The notes under the pieces: model-generated
Databases searched by the model: none
What the model was told of the DNA's origin: nothing
What the model saw: the letters and a program-made list of their open reading frames with translations, nothing else
Shown: piece by piece, positions 47,131 to 58,287 of the stretch
How positions within the stretch are numbered: position 1 is the stretch's first letter
Layout of the letters: each line of letters starts with the position of its first letter
DNA from: Octopus sinensis
Taxonomy: Eukaryota
Direction of reading: 5' to 3'
Assembly (NCBI RefSeq): GCF_006345805.1
Contig: NW_021832432.1
Location: 434,001 to 498,000, forward strand
Length of the DNA: 64,000 bases
Program-made: the position numbers and the translations under genes

Positions 47131-50100
47131 ACAGGATTTTCTGATAATATATGATAAATACTAAAGCTAAAAACCTATTGCTTTATTAAAAAAGAAATTT
47201 CTATCATTTCAATTCATTGTATTTCTTCTTCCCCCTAAACTTAGGTTACTACATGTTTTATTTCAAAAGTATATCTTATAGATGTTTTTTGTTGAGTTGA
47301 CATTTAATATGTGCCATAGCCAATAGAATTGATAATATAAGTGTGGAAAGTAATATAAGAAAAAGAACAAATAAAAAAATTATTTTTTAATGAAGTCAAG
47401 AAAAATAACAGCAAAAAAAAATTCTTAAAGTGTTGTTGAAAATAAAGAAATAAATTTGACAAATTTATAATTGAGTCAATGAAGAGTTTTATGCAAATTA
47501 TGAAATAATAACATAACATTATAAACAATATTATAAGAAATAAGTTCAATACTTTATAAAGCATCATGATTCAGTTATTGATTGCAATATAATACATTTC
47601 TTTACTAGAGATTTACGAATTTGCAGTTTCAAATTGCAAAAGTTGCTTAGAAAATAAGTCGTTTCCCCATCATCCATCACAACAACCCCTTGCAGAATTA
47701 TACTATAACCACAGATTCTTTCCAAAAGTTTAGAATTGACACCGAGACCAAGAAAAAAAAAAAAAATAACGAACAAAAAAAAAGCTATCGAATAATCTCA
47801 GTTAATCATTTCCTGCAAAACTTTTTTGCTCACATTTTACTTAGTTTTTGGCACTCGACAGACTTAGTCTCACCGATGGAATTATCTCTCAGTAGAATAA
47901 CATCCTTAAGGAAATTAAAACAGTAACTACAAAACCTAGAGCAGAGTCAATTTTACTTCCTTTGACTTTGTTATAGGATTAATAGTGAAGTTAATGTTAT
48001 TGTAAGGAGTATCAAAAAGCTAACAGGAAAAAATGCAGTATGAGATGGAGAAAAAAAATTCACTCATTGACTAATATTATTTAGATTCTTTTTTTTAGAT
48101 AAGTATGGGAGATAACTCCAGATATGTTTTGGTTTTATGGGACCATCTTCAGCAAAGCATAGACTTCACTGTTCAACAGCCAATATCAAATATTAATTTT
48201 CCCCTCACCATTTACTTCTAGTAAACCATTTGATGCTTCCTGCATTAAATATGTCAACACTAACACTTATTTTTTCCCATGCAGATAACATCTATGAGCA
48301 ATTTATTCTCTGAAAGTTTCTGTGCATGTAATGATACTGTTTAAAACAGGAATGAGAGAATGAGAACCTTAGTCTGAGATCACAGCCTCAAGTCCATTAA
48401 AGAACAAAAATAAATATGAAACCTTAACATGCTGAAACTTGGGGTATGAATTTTTTAGTATGTGTATGTGTGTAGATGTGATAGCTAATGTAGTTTGCTT
48501 AGCCTACATATAGCTGTTGTATCTACAAGTTGATGTTTTTATAAAGTAGAGAAAACTTAGTGCATATCAAAAATACATGACTTGTGCACGACAATGATGA
48601 AAAAATATTAACAGAAAAAGAGATACACACACAAATAAATCACATGTGTAATAAATATAAATGACAGAGAGGACTATGTTTGATATAAAATACAAGTATC
48701 AAATCCAGTACTTGGAATTTCCCAGCAGCAACTGATATATGATCTGATCTTCAGACACCATTCATTAACTAGTGAAGGAAAAAGCTTCACCAGTGTAACT
48801 CATAAAATATCACTGAAACATTTAACTGTTCAAAGGGAACAACTTTGTTAGGCTTAATTACGAGATTTTGGTAAGAAAAAAAAATGATTATACATGCATG
48901 AAGATTGTGGTTGGTTAAAATTTAAAATATAGAATGAATTATTACAAAAAATTAAAAGTAGAAATTAAAACTAATTTTAGTTTCAATCTTAAGTATGCAC
49001 AATCTTCAGACATATATAATGATTTTTTGACCTAGCTCTCGTAATTAAATCTACCAGAGTTATTGGACAGTTAAACGGGTTGGGTCAGTGTCAAGTTTTT
49101 TTTTTTTTTTTTTTTTTTTTGCGGTGGGTAGCACCACAAAAATCATTGCTGGCGCAAAGAAACTCTGAGTACTGGATATGAGAGTTCCATGCTTGTATTA
49201 GATATCTTTGTTAAATTTAGCGATAATTCATATAAACCCATTGTTATTAACAAATGCAAAAACCATACTAAAACCATATTGTGTGTGTTTAGAATTAAAA
49301 TGATGAATGTTTAAATTTGGTTGGTAAAAAGAAAAATGGTTTTTAAATTCACTGTGAATCATACAGGTGGGTGAGCGTTTTGGTTCCATCAAAATATTTC
49401 ATGTATGTCAGCCAATGTAACTGACTGAACTTTGACACTATTATCATTATCATTTATTTAACATTGCAATGAGGCTGATGTTGAGCAAAAATAAAGTTAT
49501 TGAATTTATACCTGTTTTTTTTTTTAGATTAGTTACAAGCAGTGAAAGATAAGTTTTCAGGACTGTTAACTGCATTATTTGTTTCTTTTTTTTTTTGGGG
49601 GGGGGGGGGGTCCCAGTAACCTGATCAACTTATACCACAAAAATGTAAAGACCTTTTTGTAATAAAAAAAAAAAAATCACAAATTCAATCCTGGCCCAAA
49701 CACATGGATATTATATACATGACTACTAACGGTACTCATATACTGCTTAAAAATTGCATTTTGCTTCTTTTTTTTTTTAAAGAGGTGAAATTAATGTTTT
49801 GGAAAATGCTTGTATGAAATAATGTTGGTCAGTATCTTATAATGATAGGTTAATTAGCTGCATATAGTGTTGGGTTTAGTGTGTTATGATTCCTTAATGA
49901 GCTAATAATGTTGACTAGCATTTTATGATAGAGTAATTAACCAAACACTGTCTTATAATAAGATTAACCAGTAATTGGTTTTGGTCAGTGACTTCTGATG
50001 ATAATGTAATTTAAGCTGGTTAATGAAACAGCTAGGAAATATAGAAATATTTAAACACCCATTATATTTCATTTAACATTACACAATATCACCTGCTTAC

Positions 50101-51053
50101 ATTTGCATAAAGCAAAAAGATGTGGAGCAGAGTGACTACTGAGATTGTGAGGTGTTCATGATATATCTTACACAAAAAAAAAAAAAAGAAAGAAAAGAGA
50201 AAACGGTGTAAATGAATTAATGAAAATGCTATGGCTCCAATCAGGAAGTGAAATCAGATTGTAAAATCATCTGGATTCAATCATTCTGCATGATTTCACT
50301 TGCATTGTTAGTGACCTCATATTAAGAAACAAGAAAAATATGAATGCCATTCTTTTTACATTACTTAATCTTTTAAACTCTGCATTTGCTTCCAAAGAAG
50401 ATTTGGTCATTTGTTCATAAGAGAAATCATTCAATGACATTGGACCCATTTGATGGCATTAACCACAAAGGATGCACAACAGAACACATCAGATAATATA
50501 GCAAAGACTTGTGACAAAACCTTCCTTGAAGCTCATTGAAAAATCTGTTCAGCAGTCATATTCTAAATACCATAAACAGATGACTTATCTGATGTGCATC
50601 AGTAAATATTATACCATCAACAGATGAAATATTTATATCTGTGCCTGTAAATTTTACACAAATAGTAGATATGTCTATAGACTTCCATCAAAAGATGAAA
50701 ATTATATGTCTGTGTTGCACTATCAATAAATGAATTTTCTATGTTTGTATATTTCTGTAAAATTTACAGTCAACAAATAAATTATTTACATCTGTGTGTC
50801 ATTTAATATGACACCATCAATAGATGACTTATATACACATGTATGTTTGCATGTATGTAACCGTTCTTTTTTTTTCTTTTCATTTAGATTTCATAAAAAT
50901 TTGCAGAAGGGAATGTTATGGAATTAACATGGTATTTTCAACAGAATCAACAATATAATTTAAAATATAATGCTTATATTATATTAATATTTAACAATCA
51001 TCACAATGAAGTAGATGTATAAAGAATGTTCCATCCTTGTTGCTCATTGATAA

Positions 51054-51169
51054 TCAACTTTGCTCGTCAGCTCCAAAGAAGTTGTCATCTTTATAAGATA
51101 AACAGTTCGGCATTTCCAAAAGTGTTGACGCTTTTTCAATATCATTTTCTATAGCTTTAATTAGTTCAT
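51054..51169 (-). CDS. RFK: Riboflavin kinase, exon 4 (terminal)
   Basis: ttcag acceptor. (D)ELIKAIENDIEKASTLLEMPNCLSYKDDNFFGADEQS then TGA. Spliced CDS is 471 nt = 156 aa plus stop, the size of metazoan RFK. Confidence 0.95.
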
Positions 51170-51646
51170 CTGAATGTAACATAAAACAAATTTTATTGGA
51201 AAGACACACACATTTAAAAACAAAAAATATTATAGCATATTCAGGAAAGAGAAAAAGCAACGCCCATGGCATTTTTCAGGCCCTTTCAGGGAAGAAGGGA
51301 CAAAATTATTCTCAGATTGAGCACTTAGCCTGAATGATTAAGGAACCCAAAGGCCAAGTAGTACTATTAAACAGAGTAACATAGTAAAAATACCATAGAA
51401 AAGCAGCAACAGTCCATCTGAAGGGTTTCCACATATTTTCTCTCAATTGAATTTCACTCAAAAGGCAATGGTTGGTTTAAAACTATAGCAAAAAACATTT
51501 ATCTAATGTACATTAGAATTGTACCAGAAACCACATAGCTGTGAAACAAACACGTTAACAACACAGCCATGCTTGTACTCATGAGCAACCATTTGCCAAT
51601 ATGCTATAAAGACAAGTGGAACTAGGTTAGATCTGTCATGAGCCCT

Positions 51647-52013
51647 TATGGAAGCACTCCGTCGGTTACGATGACGAGGGTTCCGGTTGATCCGATCAAC
51701 GGAACAGCCTGCTCGTGAAATTAACGTGTAAGTGGCTGAGCACTCCACAGACACATGTACCCTTAACGTAGTTCTCGGGGATATTCAGTGTGACACAGAG
51801 AGTGACAAGGCCGGCCTTTTGAAATACAGTAAGAGTGAGAGAAAGTTGTGGTGAAAGAGTACAGCAGGGATCACCACCATCCCTGCCGGAGCCTCGTGGT
51901 GCTTTTAGGTGTTTTCGCTCAATAAATACTCACAACGCCCGGTCTGGGAATCGAAACCGCGATCCTACGACCGCGAGTCCGCTGCCCTAACCACTGGGCC
52001 ATTGCGCCTCCAC
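51647..52013 (-). mobile_element. Family B SINE, young, with TSD (RFK intron 3)
   Basis: 12-bp TSD gtcatgagccct (51635-51646 and 52014-52025). Confidence 0.92.
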
Positions 52014-52259
52014 GTCATGAGCCCTAGGGCACATAAGACCAAAGTTTAACCTGGTTACCATGGCATATAACTGACAGAGATTACAAGACTCCTCACCAAA
52101 CAGGACACTGTACCTCCACATGTATTTTTAACAATTATTTATCGACGTTTCTGCTTCAAATCTTGAGTTTTGTCTTTAGATAAAACAATTCTTCTTTTAA
52201 TAGCTGTTGATAAAATATAAAATAAGAAAGAGAGAAGGCACCAATCTGCCACTACTTAC

Positions 52260-52362
52260 CGAGACCATTAAAATCTGCCATTGGTCGAAGATAGCCTATT
52301 ATAATAACTTTTAATAAATTACCATAGAAATCTTCTTTGAAGGTGTGCAATATATGAGTTTC
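52260..52362 (-). CDS. RFK: Riboflavin kinase, exon 3
   Basis: ttgtag acceptor, gtaagt donor. ETHILHTFKEDFYGNLLKVIIIGYLRPMADFNGL(D) has the catalytic E of ETH and the DFYG and GYLRP motifs. 103 nt. Confidence 0.97.
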
Positions 52363-52884
52363 CTACAAGAAAGTAAAATTGAACAAATCAAAGTGGTGGA
52401 AAAAGCAAAAAAAGTAATAATAAAAAAAAATATTTTAGTTGTGATATTTAAAAACTAGTTTTATAGAAACTTCTTTTGAAATTCCTATTTTGTTTTTCAT
52501 TCATTGACATGTGTAGGTTAAACTCTCTTTACTATTTACTCTCTTTTACTTGTTTCAGTCATTTGACTGTGGCCATGCTGGAGCACCACCTTTCGTTGAG
52601 CAAATCGACTCCAGGACTTATTCTTTGTAAGCCTAGTACTTATTCTATCGGTCTCTTTTGCTGAACTACTAAGTTACGGGGACATAGACACACCAGCATC
52701 GGTTGTCAAGCGATGTTGGCTAAAATGTTAGTGGTTTGTCCTGTATGTCTTAAAGGAATTTGTCCGAGTACCCTTTAAATGTTATAGGATCTTTTGCTTT
52801 CTATTTCTTTTGTGATAATGTTGAGGGATGCAATAACAATTGAGCAAAAAAAAATTGATTTTTTTTTTGTAAAAGGCCCTTTTC

Positions 52885-53625
52885 TTTTTAATCATTTTTC
52901 ATACCAACCTGCCTTGAGATTGTCCCTTGCTCTATGACAAAAACTTCATGTTTGAAGTAGGTAAAAGTAAAGTAACCTGACCTTCCTGAGTCATACTCAA
53001 GGGCCGGTTTTCCAGTTTCATGGCATATATATTCCCTATTTGGATGGGACACTGGTGTGTTGAAGGATTACTCATTTTTGCCAGCTGAGTGGACTGGAGC
53101 AATGTGAAATGATGTTTTGCTCAAGAGCACAATTTGTTGCTCAGTCCAGGAATTGAAACCACAAACTTATGATCACGAGTCTAACACCCTAACCACTAAG
53201 CTATGTGCCTCCACCATGTTTAAAGTGATCTAAATTAAAATTGTCCATTACGATATCATGTTGGTTTATTTTTTAAATATCATTTCAATAACAGCAAAGT
53301 TATTTTATTAAATTCTTCATTTTTTCAAAAAAAATTTTTTTTTCTACTCTAGGCACAAGGCCCGAAATTTTTGGGGAGGGGGCCAGTCGATCAGATCGAC
53401 CCTAGTACACAACTGATACTTAATTTATCGACCCTGAAAGGATGAAAGGCAAAGTCGACCTCGGTGGAATTTGAACTCAGAATGTAAAGGCAGACGAAAT
53501 ACCATTAGGCATTTCACCTGGCATGCTAACATTTCTGCCAGCTTGCCGCCTTTCAAAATTTTTTCAAAATTAATTGGAACAAAGGCGATGTACTTTAAAA
53601 GAAATAAAGTAACAAAAGGTTTAAG
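52885..53625. mobile_element. piggyBac-type MITE interrupted by a CORE-like SINE (52965-53215) and a family C SINE (53340-53552)
   Basis: MITE pieces colinear with 38030-38234 resume on either side of each insertion. Confidence 0.6.
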
Positions 53626-55782
53626 ATAATAGGCAAAATTCCACTGCTACTTCTAGCAAATATAATGACCATATACAAGCCCCTTTCTGTTACTGAAATT
53701 AATGCAAAATGTTGTTATAAATCTTCTAAACTTGGTGACATTGATGATCTCTTCCTCCAATTATACCCCACCTTTTTTTTTTTTTCTTTAACTAAATATA
53801 ATCACTTCAATAGAGGCCACCAACCAAGCAGAGCCAAGCAAAGTGAAGTGGCTCCTCTGTCAAAGTGGACAGCTATTTGACACATCCTGTCATCACTGCT
53901 CCATTGTGTCTCTCTCACTCAACCCCCAATGACCTAGTCTACTTAGCAGTCAGAAAAAAAAAAAAAAACTACTTGAGACATCATCATCACGATCATTTAA
54001 CATCTGCCTTCCTTCTCCACACCACTGATGTTATACAAGGGAAAGGCAAAGGCCAATACAGCTTGGCAGTGACATCGCAACTTATTTCTACAGCTGAGTT
54101 AACTGGAGCAATGTGAAATAAAGTGTCTTGCTCAAGAACACAACACACAGCCCAGTCTGGGAATCGAACTCACAACCTCACGATCATAAGCTCGATGCTC
54201 TAACCACTGACCCATGCACCTTCACTACTGAATAATAATTCTTTCTACTAAAGGCACAAGGCCAGAAATTTGTGGGAAGGGGACAAGTTGATTACATCAA
54301 CACCAGTGTTTCGCTGGTACTTAATTTATTGACCCAGAAAGGGAGAAAGGCAGAATTTGAATTCAGAATGTAGGATTGAGGTGAGAGGCCAGATCTGGTC
54401 AGTTCCAATATAAAACAGATTAAATATTTTGGCTGGATACGACCTGTTTGAATGCTAAAGGGTTAAAGACTTCACCACATGGTGCTACTGACTAACAACA
54501 ACAACAACAATTTCAAATTTTTCCACTAGGGCAGCCATTTTGGGGGAGGTAAGGATGAGTAGATTACAACAACCTCAGTGTTCAAGTGGTACTTATTTTA
54601 TTGACCTTGAAAAGATGAAAGGCAAAGTTGACCTCGATGGAATTTGAACTCAGATTGGAGCAAAATACTACTAAGCATTTCAGTCAGCATGCTAACAATT
54701 CTGCCAGCTCAGCAACAATAGCAGTCAGTTTACATAACTGTATTCATTTGTTTACTCTATGTTGCAGATGAATAGAAAACAAAAAGTTGGCACACACATA
54801 ACAGACAGTGCTGAAAAGAGAACATACAATGGGGTAAAACTTGTGACTAGAAGTTACAAAACAAAAACAAAAAAGATGTTAATACAATGGAATTTCAACA
54901 AGTAGGCAACAGAGGCACATCTGAGAGGTTTAATAGTTCACTTAGTAACCACTTGGTTCTGGGTTCAATCTCACTGTGTTGCATCTGAACAAATTTATTC
55001 TCCAATATTGTCAGGTTGATCAGTGCCTTGTGATTTGAAACTGATGGATGGAAAACGTCTACAAGTCTATTATTACACATACAAGCATGCATACACACAC
55101 ACACACACACACATACATACATAGATATTATGTACTTGCTTCATTCGTTACACTGTTGCCATGCTGGAGCACCACCTCAAAGGATTTAGTTGAATAAATT
55201 GAACTCAGTAGTACTTATTTTTAAGTTCTATACTTATTATGTCATTTTTTTCTTGCTGAGCTGCTAAGTTACAGGGATGTAAACAAACCAGGACTGACTG
55301 TCAAGCTGTGTGTGTTTACATGTGGGATGGGGTGACACACACGGAGAGGATGGGCTTCTGACCTGGCTATAATAGAAGACACTTGCCCAAGGTGTCATAC
55401 ATTGGAACTGAACCCAAAACCATGTGGTTGCGAAGCAAGCTTTTTAACCCCACAGCCAGACAGACAGATAGATAAATAGATAGGGAGACAAACAAATAAG
55501 CCAAACAAATAAAAAGACAGAAAGACAAACAGACAGACAGGGAGATAGGTGGATAGGTAGAGATTAATGTATGTGCACCCAAAGCAGTGCATTATATCCC
55601 TTTACATCAAAAGATAGCCCCGTCATTTGACAAACATATTAATAAAATAAGTGCCAGACTAAAATAAAAACAGATACAACTGGCTAAAACCCAACATAGT
55701 CAGAGTCCAATGACGGCAATCAATGAAACAATATACTTAATGAAAGTCTTGGAAAAAAAAAAACAAAAAAAAACTGACTTAC

Positions 55783-55934
55783 CATAGATTTCTTTTCATT
55801 TTTATAATAGGGGTTCCATCCGATACTAAGGACCATTTTGTAAACTGGTCCTTTATCAACATTTGCCCAACCATAGTAGACACCATTGTCCATGCTACAT
55901 GGTAATTTACTAACTACTTCTTCATCATGGTTTG
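55783..55934 (-). CDS. RFK: Riboflavin kinase, exon 2
   Basis: ttacag acceptor, gtaagt donor. (A)NHDEEVVSKLPCSMDNGVYYGWANVDKGPVYKMVLSIGWNPYYKNEKKSM matches G.YYGWA and SIGWNPYY of RFK. 152 nt. Confidence 0.97.
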
Positions 55935-56129
55935 CTGTAACAATAAATATTAAATCAGTAATTATTTTGTCTAGTATTAATTGACTTATTAACTTTCTGT
56001 CATTACAATACGTTTTATCATAAAGCCTGCTGCTACTTATACTTTTTCTCTCTGTTAGTTAAAGTTCAATTTGTCTATAAATTCATTTTCATATGTAATC
56101 AAATAGGCACATATATATATATATATATA

Positions 56130-56260
56130 GTTGAAATTTACAGAAAAACAAAAGATGAAGACAGGTGTATTAGTTTGAAGCTTGGGAAGGTGAGAGTCTG
56201 TTACGTTTTGAGCCTACGCTCTTCAACAGAAAAGAACACAAAAAACTCAACAGAGAGAGA
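56130..56260 (-). mobile_element. Penelope-like terminal-repeat remnant, second copy of the 2160 family
   Basis: Follows (TA)n. Shares gagcctacgctcttcaacagaaa with 2303-2325. Confidence 0.55.
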
Positions 56261-57155
56261 ATAAAGTAACTTTTGGAGTTAGCGGTCAACCATGGAGAAG
56301 CAAAAAATTATAAGCGGTAATGATAAATTTTATCAAGTTCAAGGGGGAAATAACTCTAATATCCAAAATTGAGTGGGGTCATGCAATAATACAGTTCTCA
56401 AATCAGCCACCATTATCCTAAATGTCTCCCCACAAATGAAAACAATTATTAATAAATTTGTTCAGTCAGGGCTGACCCGAGGAGCTACAACAACCTTGGT
56501 GTTTAGATCTAGGTTAGTTCAGACTGAAAAAACTTATGATCAAAAGTATTCATGCTATGGCCACCCAATTTTTTTTTTTTTTAGATTCAATAAGAATTTC
56601 TTTTCTACAACAATTTATGTAAAAGAAAGTTGTTATTTGTTACCACATAAATTCATTTAGAATTTGTGGCATGCTGATTAAGTAACAAGTATTTCATAAA
56701 GTTTGAAATATGTAGAAGTGAAACTCAAAAGTTGTGATGTACATGTATTTTCCAAGAGAAGCAATGGTCCAATGGTTTCAAATACTGGCATTCCATTGGT
56801 TACAATGACAAGGATTCCAGTTGATCCAATCAACGGAATAGCCTGCTTGTGAAATTAACATGCAAGTGGCTGAGTACTCCACAGACACATGTACCTTTAG
56901 CATAATTATCAGAATGATTCAGCATGACACAAAGTGTGACAAGGCTGGCCCTTTGAAATACAGGTACTACTCATTTTTGCCAGCTGAGTGAACTGGAGCA
57001 ATGTGAAATAAAATGTCTAGCTCAAGGACACAATGCATCACTGGGAATTGAACTCACAACCTTGTGATTATGAGCCGAATACCCTAACCACTAAGCCACA
57101 TGACTTCACTCTTTCAAATACTAACAGACTTTTAAACTCTGTTTACTCTCTCTCT

Positions 57156-57528
57156 CTTTACTCTTTTACTTGTTTCAGTCATTTGACTGCAGCCATGCTG
57201 GAGCACCACCTTTAGTCAAGCAAATTGACCCCAGGACTTATTTTTTGGAAGCCTAGTACTTATTCTATCGGTCTCTTTGCCGAACCGCTAAGTTAAGGGG
57301 ACGTAAACACACCACCATCAGTTGCCAAGCGATGTTGGTGGGGACAAACACACACATATATATATATACATATATATGACGGGCTTCTTTCAGTTTCCGT
57401 CTACCAAATTCACTCACAAGGCTTTGGTCGGCCCGAGGCTATAGTAGAAGGCATGCCCAAGGTGCCACGCAGTGGGACTGAACCCGGAACCATGTGGTTG
57501 GTAAGCAAGCTACTTACCACACAGCCAC
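57156..57528 (-). mobile_element. Family A SINE, young
   Basis: Colinear with 36051-36463. Confidence 0.88.
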
Positions 57529-58055
57529 AAAATTAACGCCAACATTCCAGTATTCATCATCTTGGAGCACACATCTTTTTCATATGTACATAATTTTTAA
57601 AGTTTTAAAGTTTTTTGGGGAGAAAAAAACAATTAAAACCTGTAGATTTTTATTTAATTTTGTAATGCCATAAGCAACATGAAACAATGTTAAATGATTT
57701 AAAATCAGGAGCATTAAGTAATATATTAGCACATTGGGATGTACTTAAGGGAATTTCAGTTGTTATTCCTAGCAAATCAAACGACTCCATGAAATTCCCT
57801 GGATGACTGAAACAACAACAACAATAACAACAAATTTACAAATATTAATTCATTGCCATGCATAGATAGAATTGTTATCTTTCAGGAGATTTGGCACGTT
57901 CACTTAATTACAATGAAATGAGAGGTGAGATAATTGGTTTACACCAGAAGATTCAAGTGTAGATTTGAGTTTTATCCATCTCAATCTCTGAATAAATATG
58001 TATAAAATGACGATGAAATTAAAGAGGGATTACACTTAAAATACACAGGTTTTAA

Positions 58056-58287
58056 CCCTTTCGTTACCAACCCGGCTGAAACCGCCTCTGGCTCTGTAGT
58101 ACAAATGTTTTATTTTCATAAGTTTTGCATTAAAATCATCAACCAAACCTTATTTATGTTCCTAACCCAATTTATGTTCCTAACACTAGCTGAATGATAA
58201 CCAAGTTATTTTACTAAATTCTTTGTTATAGTTAAAGTAATTGAAAGAAACACAGAGCATCTCAAAATAAATATGGTAACGAAAGGG
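58056..58287. mobile_element. piggyBac-type MITE
   Basis: Perfect 13-bp TIR ccctttcgttacc / ggtaacgaaaggg with TTAA on both sides. Confidence 0.88.
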
